A stretch of 64,000 nucleotides of DNA from Octopus vulgaris (Eukaryota). Below, in pieces: positions 14,735 through 27,615 of this stretch (the stretch's first letter is position 1; every line of letters starts with the position of its first letter). The stretch is from positions 30,132,001-30,196,000 of the forward strand of contig OX597834.1 in assembly GCA_951406725.2 (NCBI GenBank), in the 5' to 3' direction. The notes under the pieces were generated by a model. It saw only the letters and a list, made by a program, of their open reading frames with translations. It was not told the origin of the DNA and made no database searches. The translations under genes and the position numbers were made by a program.

Positions 14735-15570
14735 TACATAGTTATGATGGAAAAACTTGGATCTTGTGAATTTTCCGAAGTCCCCTCCCCATCCCTTGGA
14801 AAAGATTTTCTCCACAAATTACTCTATAATCGTATTGTATGCCGTTTGAAAAGTATTTCTATAAAATTTCATTGAAAAAAAATCCCATTTTCCTAAAAGT
14901 TATGATCTTGTGAATTTTCCAAAGTCCTCTCCTGATCCTCCCGTTGCTTTGCGCGCAATTTTTTTTATATAACCCATTGTGGTAAAATTACAGATTAACA
15001 CCCGCACGATTTTCACTAAAAAAAAAAAACTGATTTTTTGCGTGGAATCTTGTACTGTGACCTCGTAATATGCTGTAAATCCCACTGTTTTACACCCATT
15101 CCAATAATTTTTGGGGAGGATTTTCGTTTCCGGATCAAAATGTAAACGTCCATTTTCCTCTTGAGAATGGCGTCTTGAAGTCATGAAGACAGTTTTCAAA
15201 TAAACGCCAGTCTCTTTGGAGACACGTTTGATATTGAGTTTCCAACATTCCCAACACCATAACTTCATGAAAGAAAGACGGAAGAGAGAAATTTCACACC
15301 AGCGAATGCCAGTATCAACACCAACAACAACGATGTCGTCGCAAAGCCGTCCGCCAAGACCTCCACGAAAGACATTAACCAAAATGGCTAATTTTAGCTG
15401 AAAACAAATTCACAAAACTAGGAAACACGCCACGCAGGGCAGGTTTCCTGTGGAAACAATTTGCAAGATCGAATGTACAATTTGTTGGACAACTTTTCTC
15501 GTGAAAAATATTATACAAGACACACTTTTGAAAGCAAAAACAAGCAAACTTACGCGGAGTCGATGTGGCT
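13680..15570. mobile_element. Probable non-autonomous DNA transposon remnant(s) with ~140-bp inverted arms (13960-14100 / 14760-14900) and TTAGGG-like repeats
   Basis: Reverse-complement match of ttttcaatgaaaaattatagaaata...ggaaaattc; CpG-richer than the flanks. Confidence 0.5.
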
Positions 15571-15589
15571 ATCGTCTGTCCATTAGATA

Positions 15590-15716
15590 GAGGGACAGAT
15601 AGATAGATAGTGAGAGAGAGAGAGAGAGAGTTAAATAGATAGACAGACATACAGATAGAGAGACAGACAGACAGATAGACAGATAGATAGATAGATAGAG
15701 AGAGAGACAGACAGAC

Positions 15717-15759
<43 letters not shown>

Positions 15760-15843
15760 CAGACAGACGGACGGACGGATAGATAGATAGACAGACAGAC
15801 AGATAGACAGACAGATAGATAGATAGACAGACGGACAGATAGA

Positions 15844-15879
<36 letters not shown>

Positions 15880-15922
15880 TAGATAGATAGTCAGACAGAC
15901 GGATAGACAGATAGATAGACAA
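15590..15922. repeat. (GATA)n/(GACA)n tetranucleotide array
   Basis: Direct reading. Confidence 0.95.
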
Positions 15923-15924
15923 GC

Positions 15925-15981
<57 letters not shown>

Positions 15982-16203
15982 TATGATAGTAAATAAAAAA
16001 TTTGCAGAAACAAAAAAATGGTTTAGGAAAATATTGTTGAAGAAGGGTTGAAGTACGTTATGTATTTTGAAATGAATAAAATAAACAAAATTATTTCTGT
16101 CAACAACATGATTTTAATGTTTACAAAACATCATTTTACAATCTTATACCATATTATTAAAACAATAATTTTACAAAACATTTTATTACTGTCTTTCTTA
16201 TGC

Positions 16204-16209
16204 TTTATT
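16204..16209 (-). promoter_or_regulatory. Candidate polyadenylation signal (AATAAA) of gene C
   Basis: tttatt on the + strand just 3' of the Ig exon stop; the AT-rich context makes chance matches likely. Confidence 0.4.
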
Positions 16210-16230
16210 ATCAAAACGTTGTTATTATGT

Positions 16231-16565
16231 TCACAAAATAATAATCTTTACAAAATGAAATAGCGACGTGTTTTTTATTCTACAAATATATCGTCCCACA
16301 TTATTTGGTGTGAAATGAGAAATATGCAGACGGACACCAGTGACATTGGAAGCAATAGTTTCTGGGATACTTTCAGGTACCGGAATGCTGTCATTTGGCG
16401 GGACCCATTCTAAGTCTTTTGTTTCGTACAGGTTGTGCGAACAGCCGAGTTGCAGTCGGTCGCCTGCGTTGATCACAACACTTCCATTTGCAGTAACTAC
16501 ATATCTTATTCTCTCATCGCTCCATGTTGTTGTAATGTTGATGTAGATTCTTGGTGGCGCAGACT
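16231..16565 (-). CDS. Gene C terminal exon: Ig-like domain (ESAPPRIYINI...GDRLQLGC...LEW...LHISHFTPNNVGRYICRIKN...KIIIL*)
   Basis: Acceptor ttctttatttaccag|AG, phase 1. Ig hallmarks: B-strand Cys, C-strand Trp and a GRYIC F-strand motif. TGA stop with AATAAA about 22 nt downstream. Confidence 0.9.
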
Positions 16566-16623
16566 CTGGTAAATAAAGAAAATATCTTGGTGATTGATCG
16601 ATTAATTGATTGATTGATTGTTG

Positions 16624-16655
<32 letters not shown>

Positions 16656-16959
16656 GGTGGTGGTAGTGGTAGTGGTAGTGGTGGTAGTGGTGGTGGTGGT
16701 TTAACCCCCAGGCTTAATCTCATCCAGCAGGCCTATTACCATCAAAGATGTTGCATCTGCAACTCTCCCAAAATTTTGTATAACTACAGTGTCCAGTGTA
16801 ATTTCATTTCTGAAGAAGAAACAAAAAGCTAAAGCCATCTACAATGCTGTAGAAAGTATTGCCCCAGTGACCATAACAAACACACCAGAGCCAGAGAGCA
16901 TCCATTCTTTTGAAAATAAAGAATACTGGTGCAACATTCCAATTTAAACAGGAACCTAA

Positions 16960-17712
16960 CGTAAACACAACTTTACAAAGAATTATTTTCCGTGAAGATC
17001 TGGATATGTGCAAAGTTTGTTCCTAGGATGCTCAGTGACAAACAGAAGAAAAGACATGTTGATAACAGTAGGAAGATGGTTGAGCTCATTGCCGCCAATC
17101 CAAGAATATTTGAGTCTTTGGTGACCAGTCATGAAAGTTTGATTTACAATAATGATTCTGAGATCAAGAGATAAGGTAGCCAATGGAAGCATTTTTGCTC
17201 CTGCAAATCCAAGAAGGTGAGACCACCAGGAAGTTCAGAATGATTCTTTTTTTGACAGCAAGGGCATCACCTATATTCACTAGTTTCCATTTGGTGAGAT
17301 GGTCAACAAAGGGTACTTTCTAAAGGTTTTGAGGGAATTCAAGAAGATATTTCATTGCAAAAGGTTCCATCCTGGTAACCAATTACTTGACAGAGCTGGG
17401 GTTCAAAACTGTGCCTCACTTTTAGTCCAGACCTTGCTCACTGTGTCTTTTAGTTGTTTCCCAAAGCTGAAAGAGAACCTCAGGGGCGAGTCGTTTTGAT
17501 GCTTTTGAGAAGCTGAAGGAGTCTGTGACAAGGGTGCTACACAATTTCATTTTGAAAGACTTCCATAGGGTCTTCAAGAAGTGACTGAAGCACAACAGGT
17601 GCATTGAAGTCAGGGGGGTCCTACTTTGAAAGATATTAGAGTTTGGGACTTGTTTGAAATTAATAAATGTCTCTCCTGGAAAAGTCTCAAAACTTCTGGG
17701 ACGCACCTTCCA
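16960..17712 (+). mobile_element. Degenerate mariner transposase fragment
   Basis: CAKFVPRMLS (variant of the WVPxxL motif) and LVTSHESLIY (variant of TGDEKW), with stops and frameshifts. Confidence 0.8.
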
Positions 17713-18206
17713 GATTGAAATACACACACACACACACACACACACACACGTACGCACGCACACACACACACACACACACACGCACTTGTGTACTGAAGTG
17801 ACATGATACATACCCACTACATGAGTGCAAGTTCATCTACATGCACATACACACACACACACACATACGCATGCACATGCACACACACACATGCATGCAC
17901 ACACATACATCCATACATACAGACATACATACATCGGAACAACGAAACATCAAAATACTAGAGAAAAGAGTGAAAGACAAAACTCAATTTCCCTCCTTCT
18001 TTCAGCCATTCTATATTCTACCCTCTTCTATTGAAAATAAAGAAGTCAGAGAAGGAGAGAGGAGTGTGTATTAACAGAGAATGAGGGGACACAGGGACCA
18101 AAGGGGGTGAATTTCATTCAATCCCCAATGTTTTCATTGAAAATATTTACATTGAATATATTCGCTGTTTTCGTGTATTTTTCTACATACTATTATTGTT
18201 ATTATA

Positions 18207-18240
<34 letters not shown>

Positions 18241-18794
18241 GTTTTTGTTGTTGTTTGTTTTATTTTATTTTATTTTTTGTTTTTATTACAACGTTGTTCT
18301 CTTAATTTATGCCACCACCGTGAACAACAATAACAAGAACGACAGCACTTGTGGCTACAACAATATCAAATTCTACAGCAACTGCCAAAACAACATACCT
18401 ACATGTGCTGGCGGCATTTATAAGTATAGATATATATATATATATATACACTCACACATATATACATACATATATATGCATATATATACACACACACATA
18501 CACACACACTATATTCATTTGTAAAAACACATAGCTACATGTATACATACATAGTCATATATATACACACATATATATATACACCCATATATATATATAC
18601 ACATATCATCATCATTTAGCGTCCGATGATGATGATATGTGTATATATATATATGGGTGTATATATATTTGGGTGTATATATATATGTGTAAAAACACAT
18701 AGCTACATGTATACATACATAGTCATATATACACACACATATATATATACACCCATATATATATACACATATATATATATACATATATATATCA

Positions 18795-20031
18795 TCATCA
18801 TCATCATCGTCTAACGTCTGTTTTCCATGCTAGCATGGGTTGGACGGTTCGACTGGGGTCTGGGAAGCCAGGAGGCTGCACCAGGCTCCAGTCTGATCTG
18901 CGAGTGTTTCTACAGCTGATGCCCTTCCTAACGCCAACCACTTTGTGAGTGTAGTGGGTGCTTTTTATGTGCCACCGGCACAGATGCCAGGGGAGGCTGG
19001 CAACGGCCATGATTGGTTGGTGCTTTTTATGTGCCACTAGCACGGAAGCCAGTGAAGGCGGCACTGGCATTGGCCACGTACAGATGGTGCTTTTTACGTG
19101 CCACCGGCACAAGTATCACAACTGCAATTTGATTTTTTTATGTTGATGTACTTGACTCAATAGGTCTCCTCAAGCACAGCAGGTTGCCTTATGATCCAAG
19201 GTAAGCACAGCAGGCCGTCCTGCGATCCAAGGCACTTTGGATGGGCTGGGGCTTCTATGTGAAGCTGGTGCAGGAAACAACCATGAACTCACATTATTTG
19301 TTGGGTCTTCGCAGTCACAGCATATCTCCAGAGGTCTTGGTCTTTCGTCATTGCCTCTGTGAGACCCAACGTTCGAAGGTCATGCTTGACCACCTCATCC
19401 CATGTCTTCCTAGGTCTACCTCTACCACAGATTCCTTCAGCTGTTTGGGAGTTGCACTTCTTCACACATCTCTCCTCATCCATCCATAGTACATGACCAT
19501 ACCAGCGCAGACGTCTCTCTTGCACACCACATCCAATGCTTCTTATGTCCAGCATTTTTCTCAGAGCACTTACACTCTGTCGTGTATGCACACTGACATT
19601 ACACATCCAGCAGATCATGCTAGCTTCATTTCTTTCAAGCCTACGCATGTCCTCTGCAGTCACAGCCCATGTTTCACAACCATGAAGCATGGCAGTTCAC
19701 ACACATGCTTTGTACAATCTACCTTTCACTCTGAGTGAGAGACCCTTTGTCACCAGTAGGGGTAGGAGCTTTCTAAACTTTGCCCAGACTATTCTTATTC
19801 TAGTGGTAACACTCTCTGAGCATCCCCCCCCACTACTAACTTGGTCACCTAGGTAGCAGAAACTATCAACTACTTCTAGTTTCTCCCCCAGAAGTGTAAT
19901 GTAATCTGCTTTCTGAGTATCAATGGTGTCTATTGCCCCTGTGCATCTGCCGCACATGAAAGCTATCTTCTCAGTTAATTTTCCTTTGATGGTGCTGCAC
20001 CTCTTATGTGTCCATAGCTTACACTGGGTAC

Positions 20032-20035
<4 letters not shown>
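18795..20035 (-). mobile_element. 5'-truncated RTE-clade LINE: PHD-like Cys/His cluster, RT thumb region, C-terminus and 3'UTR with (GAT)n tail
   Basis: LEVVDSFCYLGD, LHGCETW, RLRWYGHV and GRPRKTWDEVVKHDL motifs in ORFs 19697-20104 and 19289-19690. Confidence 0.92.
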
Positions 20036-20077
<42 letters not shown>

Positions 20078-21419
20078 CATACATACATACATACACACAC
20101 ACACATATATATATATTATTTATTTCAACCATTTGACTGTAGCCATGCAGGACTACTGCCTTGAAGAATTTTAGTGAAACAAATCAACCCCAGTCTATTA
20201 AGCTGAGGAACATAAACAAACCAACACCGGTTGTCAAGTGGTGACCGAAGGACAAACAGCCATGCCTGTGCCTATATATATATATATATCTGGCTTTTAT
20301 CTTTTATTTGTTACACTCATTTGACTGTGACCATGCTGGGGCAACAGCTTGAATGTTTTTAGCCAAATAAATCAACCCCATTATTTATTTTTAAGCCCGG
20401 TAATTATTCTATCAGACTCGTTTTGCTGAACCACTAAGTTATGAGGATGTCAACATGTGAACACTTGTTCTCAAGCAGCAGTGAGAACAGACACAAACAC
20501 ATGCACACACACACCAAAACACACACACACACACACACACAACACACACACACACACACACACAGGCACACATATATCATCATCATCATCATCATCATCA
20601 TAGTTTAACATCCATTTTCCACATAATCAGAGGAGGTTTAGTGAAAGAGTAGCAAAGTCAACAGAGATGCCCCAGCATGGCCGCAACTCTTGTGCTGAAA
20701 CTAGTAAAGAAAAAAATTTATGCACACACACACACAGATTCATTAATATATGCACAAATTCAAACATAAATTATGCAAATTTCTAAAGAGGTCTCCATAG
20801 TTTAATATGTTTAACAAAATGTTAAACATTTTTACATTGTTTTTATTGGTTTTTGGTGTAAGTTTTCTTCTTTTTTACTAAATTTAGCTCATTTTTTACT
20901 TTTTTTTTTTGCTGTTGTTAGTTTTGATATTTTCTTATCAAGACCCTTTCTTCCCCCCCCCCCACTCCCACAGCCACTAAAAACAAAAATCCAAATAAGC
21001 CATATTTATTTGTTTTGGAGTGGATTTGGGGGGTGGATGGGGGGACAGGGTAGTTTCTCTCAAAATCTTTTTCTATTTTGAACCTGACATAAATATTTCA
21101 AGTATTTTGTTTTGCTTTTTCATTGTAACCCCCTCCCCTATCTCTCACACATACATACACACACACACATGCACATTTGTATGTCACACACACACAGACA
21201 CACATCATCCATAACACAAACACATCATTTGTACACACACACACAGAACCACACACACTCATATGCATATATCACACACATACACAAACACACACACAGA
21301 CACACACACATACATATACACACACATCACCCATAACACACACACACACACACGCATCCTTTCGCCTTCTTAATTTCCTTTATTTTATTGTTGCTATGGT
21401 TACTGTGTTGCTATACTTT

Positions 21420-21545
21420 CTACAGTTACCATAGTTTCTATGGTTACTGTAGTTTCTATGGTTACTATGGTTACTATGGTTGCTATGGTTACTATGGTTG
21501 CTATGGTTACTATGGTTGCTATGGTTACTATGGTTACTATGGTTC
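21420..21545. repeat. 9-bp minisatellite (CTATGGTTA/CTATGGTTG)n
   Basis: Direct reading. Confidence 0.9.
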
Positions 21546-21576
21546 CCTTCCCTTACAAAATTTTTATCATATATTC

Positions 21577-21787
21577 TTTTACTCTTTTACTTGTTTCAGT
21601 CATTTGACTGTGGCCATGCAGGAGCACCGCCTTTAGTTGAACAAATCAACCCTGGGACTTATTCTTTGTAAGCTTACTACTTATTCTGTTGCCCTCTTTT
21701 GCCGAACTGCTAGGTTACGGAGAGGCAAAAACACTGACATCGGTTGGTGGGGGACAAACACACACACACACACAAATATATTCATAC

Positions 21788-21818
<31 letters not shown>

Positions 21819-22013
21819 TATATATATATATATATGTGTATGTATGTATACAACCAGCATCTTTCAGTTTCCATCTATCAAATCCACTCACAAGGCTTTG
21901 GATGACCTGACGCTATAGTAGAAGACATTTACCCAAGGTGCCATGCATTGAGACTGAACCCAGAACCATGTGGTCAGGAAGCAAGCTTCTTACCACGCAG
22001 CCACTCCTGTACC
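21577..22013 (-). mobile_element. Family A SINE, diverged
   Basis: Reverse complement of the 22860-23284 copy. Confidence 0.8.
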
Positions 22014-22289
22014 TATATGGAAACATATTAAAGTTTGTTTGATGTTCTTCTTGCTTGTGGTGGTGGTGGTGGTGGTGGTGGTTAAAATGGAAAACATTCC
22101 ACCACCACCTTTTGCTAAGATGGTAGGAAGTGATTTGACACTTAGGTGATATCTTTAGCAAATCAAATGACCATGCTGGAGCATCATCACTGGCTCATCT
22201 TAACATATGTCTATTCAGGCAGCTGAAAATCTTAATCCTCAAATTTCCAGGACAAAATAATGATAATAATAATAATAATAATCATTACT

Positions 22290-22850
22290 TCTCTAGGCCC
22301 AAAACCTTGAGAATTTTGGGGGGAATGGGGGGAAGGGGGGCTAGTCAATTACATCAACCCCAGGCAAAGTTGATCTCAGTGGAATTTGAACTCGGAACAT
22401 AGTGGCAGACAAAATACCACTAAGCATTTCATCCGGTGTGCTAACAACCCTGCCAGCTCGCTGCCTTTAATAATAGTAATAATAATAATAATATTATGGG
22501 GATGGGGCTAGCTGATTACATCGACCCCAGTGCATAACTGGTATTTATTTCATCGACCCCGCCAAAAGGATGAAAGGCAAAGTTGATCTCGGGAGAATTT
22601 GAAATGAGAATGTAAAGACGGACGAAATGTTGCTAAGCATTTTGTCCAGTATCTGAACGATTCTGTTAGCTGGCCACCTTCATAATAATAATAATAATAA
22701 TCCTTTCTATTAAAGGCACAAGACCTGAAATTTTGGAGAAGGGGTTAAGTCGATTACATCAACCCCAATACTCAGCTGGTACTTATTTTATCGACCCTGA
22801 AAGGATGAAAGGCAAAGTCAACCTTGGCAGAATTTGAACTCAGAACACAA
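22290..22850 (-). mobile_element. Three tandem fragments of tRNA-derived SINE family C (core gcctttcatcctttcggggtcgataaa; TAA-repeat associated)
   Basis: Repeated aggatgaaaggcaaagt...gaatttgaactcagaac. Further copies near 25080, 35450, 35710, 35950, 36175, 40730, 41810, 42830, 46413, 59160 and 62390. Confidence 0.8.
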
Positions 22851-22859
22851 ACACAAATA

Positions 22860-23284
22860 GGCGCAGGAGTGGCTGTGTGGTAAGTAGCTTGCTAACCAAC
22901 CACATGGTTCCGGGTTCAGTCCCACTGCGTGGCATCTTGGGCAAGTGTCTTCTGCTATAGCCCCAGGCCGACCAATGCCTTGTGAGTGGATTTGGTAGAC
23001 GGAAACTGAAAGAAGCCTGTCGTATATATGTATATATATATGTATATGTGTGTGTGTGTGTGTGTGTTTGTGTGTCTGTGTTTGTCCCCCTAGCATTGTA
23101 TGACAACCGATGCTGGTGTGTTTACATCCCCGTCACTTAGCGGTTCGGCAAAAGAGACCGATAGAATAAGCACTGGGCTTACAAAGAATAAGTCCCGGGG
23201 TTGATTTGCTCGACTAAAGGCGGTGCTCCAGCATGGCCGAGGGTCAAAATGACTGAAACAAGTAAAAGCGTAAAAGAGAGAGAG
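22860..23284 (+). mobile_element. Full-length young family A SINE
   Basis: GGCGCAGGAGTGGCTGTGTGGTAAG head through the GTAAAAG tail. Confidence 0.9.
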
Positions 23285-23389
23285 TTTGAAGAAAAACCAC
23301 TAATAATAATATTTTTCTTATTTATGAGAAAAAAAAATTGTATTTAGTTTTTAAGAAAAACCCCAATGAATTTCAAGGGGATACTTTAC

Positions 23390-23644
23390 CATCTTCTTCA
23401 GTTTTTTGGCAAACTGGTAACTTTCCATACCATATACCATTTTGGCATGAAAGGAAATTGGAACCCAACAGCTGGAAGTTGCCGACATCAGTACAACGAG
23501 CATGGAAGCTGGTTCCATTGGCAATGAAACTGTTTCCTTTGTATCTGGAATCAACATTGTCCCAGACAAACACAACATTGTCTCCTTGTTCTGGATGTTT
23601 GCAGACGGGATTAGTCCTAAGTAGTTTTGGAGCCTTTACAGGTT
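23390..23644 (-). CDS. Gene C exon: CCP9, Hig/LEV-9-type (PVCKHPEQ...NGTSFHARCTDVGNFQLLGSNFLSCQNGIWYGKLPVCQKTEED)
   Basis: gtatttacag|AA ... GAT G|gtaaag, 255 nt, phase 1-1, four Cys plus Trp. Confidence 0.92.
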
Positions 23645-23984
23645 CTGTAAATACACCAATAAAAGATATAAATAGATACATGATACACATATATTATGTG
23701 TTGTAGTGTGTTGTGTGTGCGTATTGAAATGGCTTAGAGTTTTCACACTAGTAAATTTATATTTAGAAAAAAATGAAAATGCCTTAATAGATTTATCATA
23801 GAGGAAAAGAAAAAAAGTATTTCCATTTTTTTCATCTTAATAAACATCCAGTTTCAATCACTTTAAAAATACAATTTTGTCAAGCTGAAGCAAATGAGAA
23901 ATAAATTAAATCAAACTGGACTTTCCATAATCTCAGTAGATCTACTACCCAGCTACAATCAGAAGGAAATACAATACACCTTGG

Positions 23985-24015
<31 letters not shown>

Positions 24016-24047
24016 CAAAAATAAGCAACAAGAATGACTCCGGTAAT

Positions 24048-24133
24048 TTGGTACAATTGTTTCGCACTACAACATTTTATTAAAAGTTGTAAGTATTACA
24101 GCAGATTTAAGATGCTGAGTGCTCTTCAGTCAA
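24048..24133 (-). ncRNA. Penelope-type minimal hammerhead ribozyme motif with long stem II
   Basis: ttga-CTGAAGA-gcact...agtgc-GAAA-caattg-TA-ccaa; intact core and palindromic stem III. Confidence 0.65.
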
Positions 24134-24572
24134 TTACATAGGTTTTCCAATAATACAAAAGCTTTCAAATCATACAGATAAATATGTAGATTTAAATTTT
24201 AAGAACATATGAGGTTGTGAAGTCCAGCCACTTACTGACCAAACTATGACCAAACTGACCATACTAACATATATATATATATGTGTGTGAGTATGTGTGT
24301 GTGTGTGTCAGATCTGTAAGTAGTGTCATTGTTGGCACTTCCCAGTTCCCTCACCCCATGCCTTTTATGCCAAGTGGAATTAGCAATCCCCTACTTGGAA
24401 AACAAGTGAAGGATGGGGTCAAGAAGGACATCCATTGTGACACAATGCCTCATTAACATACTGATCTAACCCATGCTAACATGGATAAACAGACATAAAA
24501 GTGACTACAAAATATTTAAAGAATTATGGGAAATCTTGCATTAGAAACAGTATTTCTGAAAACAGAACTTAC

Positions 24573-24776
24573 TCTTTTCACAAAATGGTTCATGGGGGCT
24601 CCATTCTCCTTCAAGACAGGTAAATTTGTTGACTGTTCCATTCAACAGCCGAGAATTCAATTTACAAGAAATCTTTATAGAAGTTGAATTGTGAACATAA
24701 TTTTTAAAATTTATTTCACCGGAATCCGTGTCTGTCCAGAAATCAATATTTTCACTCTGGCTAATGTAGCAGGAAC
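24573..24776 (-). CDS. Gene C exon: CCP8 (SCYISQSENIDFW...ISCKLNSRLLNGTVNKFTCLEGEWSPHEPFCEK)
   Basis: attccag|GT ... AAG A|gtaagt, 204 nt, phase 1-1. Confidence 0.9.
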
Positions 24777-25012
24777 CTGGAATTTCAATGAAAACAAATG
24801 ACAAAAGTACAAAAAATTACTGCGTTTGTTTATCTATAATCTTTGAACTTCCTTCCAATTTATAAATGTTTCTTTAGTGCAACCATAAGTAACTTTTTTT
24901 GAGAAGCAGCCCACATGAGACATGGCTCACCATTTGGCAGGCCAGAATACTGCGAAATTCAAGGAAATTCAAGGTAATTTTTGGTTAGGTGTGTCATTCA
25001 GACACATTTTGT

Positions 25013-25075
<63 letters not shown>

Positions 25076-25296
25076 TTCTACTCTAGGTACAAGGCCTGAA
25101 ATTTTGGGGAAGGGGACTAGTCGATTGCATCAATCCCAGTGCGAAGCTGGTACTTTATTTATCAACCCTGAAAGAATGACAGGCAAAGTCAACCTAAGTG
25201 GAATTTGAACCCAGAATGTAGCAACAGGTAAAATACGGCTAAGTATTTCACCTAGCGTGCTAGCAATTCTGCCAGCATGCCACCTTAATAATAATG

Positions 25297-25344
<48 letters not shown>

Positions 25345-25384
25345 GTGCTAGCAATTCTGCCAGCATGCCACCTTAATAATAATG

Positions 25385-25440
<56 letters not shown>

Positions 25441-25441
<1 letters not shown>

Positions 25442-25996
25442 TGCCCTGATGCAGTACCAGGCAGTGGCTCTCATGGCTTCTGATCTTAACTGATTGAAAG
25501 TGTTATCATGTACATTGTTTTGTCTTGGTATAAAAGATGGGCTACAGCAAATATTCTGCTCAATACCACAGATTTGCTTGTCTGTTGTTTGACCTTAACC
25601 AGTTGAGCATGTCCCTTAGTGGCTGACGATATGTGCATCTCTGATCACGAGCAGACGTAGTGGGGGAGCATCATGGCCATGTGTTGAGAGGGATTCTTTG
25701 GAGTTTGAATGGTTCACCTCTGGAAACATAGGTGTTTCGTTCAACATCCTAAAGCAACCCTTATTCAGGGACCGTTTGAGCAGGATGGGCCACTCAACCT
25801 GAAGAAAATTCTAACTGGGCCCCACCTGCAAGGTCATGTGCTGTTCATCTTGATATGAGATCACCATGTCGCGCACATATGGTTGTGATGCATGTGCCTG
25901 GTGTACCTTTATCAGACGGGTAGTCATGATGGGTATATTGGGCTTCGTATATTTTACCCCAGTGTCACTGTGATGGCATGAACTGCTCTCTCACTC

Positions 25997-26000
<4 letters not shown>
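25441..26000 (+). mobile_element. Repeat family D (probable 3' end of a TAA-targeting non-LTR element), flanked by (TAA)n on both sides
   Basis: An inverted, near-identical partial copy lies at 48010-48380, also embedded in TAA repeats. Confidence 0.7.
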
Positions 26001-26037
<37 letters not shown>

Positions 26038-26220
26038 TGTTGATGTTAGTAAATAACATTGATGTCAGTAAATAAAATTAATATTTGTTAATAATATTGG
26101 ATTAAGTAGAATAATGTTGATTTTAGTAAATAATGTTATTCTTGTTAAAGCATTAGTCCTTAAAATTTACAGTAAATTAATTTAAATTTCATTTAATAAT
26201 TAAGGAAAATGGTAACATAC

Positions 26221-26232
26221 CTAAAACAGAAT
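26221..26232 (-). CDS. Candidate 12-nt microexon of gene C (adds D-S-V-L between CCP7 and CCP8)
   Basis: Minus strand reads attttctttcag|ATTCTGTTTTAG|gtatgt: strong acceptor and donor, length a multiple of 3, phase 1-1, no stop. Confidence 0.6.
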   Translation of the reverse strand: MLF

Positions 26233-26899
26233 CTGAAAGAAAATCTATTTTAATTAAAGAGTAACATTTTGTTGAAGAAATGGCACCATAGGCACAGGTG
26301 ATGGCTGTGTGGTAAGAAGCTTGTGCCAGTCACAAAAGCAAACATCCCTGTTTCATTTGAATCCATCCAGTGGTTCTTGAGGTATCTTGTCCATGAACGA
26401 GCAAACAAACAAACATGACTGAAAACAATACCTTTGCCTTCACTAAGGCGGAGGTAACAAGGGTGTTACATCAGGTGTGGGTGTGTGGCTAAGAAGCTTG
26501 CTTCCCAACCATGGGCTCCTGGGTTCAGTCTCACCGTGTTGCTTCTTGGAGTAGAGTCTTCTAGAATAGCCCTGGCCAGCCAAAACTTTGGGTGCAGATT
26601 TGGAAAATGGAAACTGAAAGAAGTCTGTAGTGTAAACACCACACGATGGTCATAAATGAGTAATACAGGTGATGTTGTTAATTTCTAGTCTCCATGAAAT
26701 ACCTGTCTGCCCATAGGAGGAAATATGACCTTGTTTGGAAATAAGTGAGAGTTAGCAACAAGAAGGGCATCCAGCTGTGGGAAAATCTTCTTCAACTGAC
26801 TCCTGCAAGCATAGAAAAGTGGATTCTAAAACGACGATGATGATGATTAGTAGAAGGACAAGAATGATGATGAAGAGGAAGAAAGTGTAAGCAGATAGT

Positions 26900-27365
26900 G
26901 GGGTAGAAAGGGCTCCTTAGCCGTAGTGAAGGCAATCTATCTAGGGAGATAACCTTACAATAAATCACTCGGTCCGTAGCTTAGAAATACTGGGTTGACG
27001 TCCAGTGGGAACAGCTTTGTTTCATGGAGGAGGAAAGATCTTCTTTATTACTTGGTTGTACAATGCTTTCCAATGTGTGTAGTAGTGGCGCGCGCACACC
27101 TTATTAGCCATTTGAAAAGACTATGGAGTTTACAATTACCTGCACCAGGGTTCCTCTTCCCCAGGGAACCAGACCTAATGGTATACCTGCGGATGTAGGT
27201 CCAGCCCCAGCTTTGCCGAGTCCTGTCTCTGATCACGTTCTCCAGGGATACAGGCATCCAGCAACAGGACCTCTGTAATGCCATGATGGATCGTGAAGTC
27301 TGGCGTAGCATGGTAAATTCCATTGTCTCGACCACAGTCGAACAATGATGAATGATGATGATGTA
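26900..27365. mobile_element. RTE-like LINE fragments (3' end DTGIQQQDLCNAMMDREVWRSMV plus TGA-repeat tail)
   Basis: The C-terminal DRxxWR motif is typical of RTE ORF ends. Confidence 0.6.
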
Positions 27366-27576
27366 AGCAGATTGTCAATGACAATACTATTCTCCATTGG
27401 TTTCGAACCAAGTCCTTTCAGTAATCTTTGTAATGTCTGTATTCTTGCATCAAGCAAGAAATTCTGAGTAGCAACACAGAGAATTGTCATCTTAAAAGGA
27501 ATGCTGGGTAATAACTTCACTGGATTTCACTATTAAAACTATTATTTATGTGGCAATGTGTGTGTGTGTATGCATG

Positions 27577-27615
<39 letters not shown>

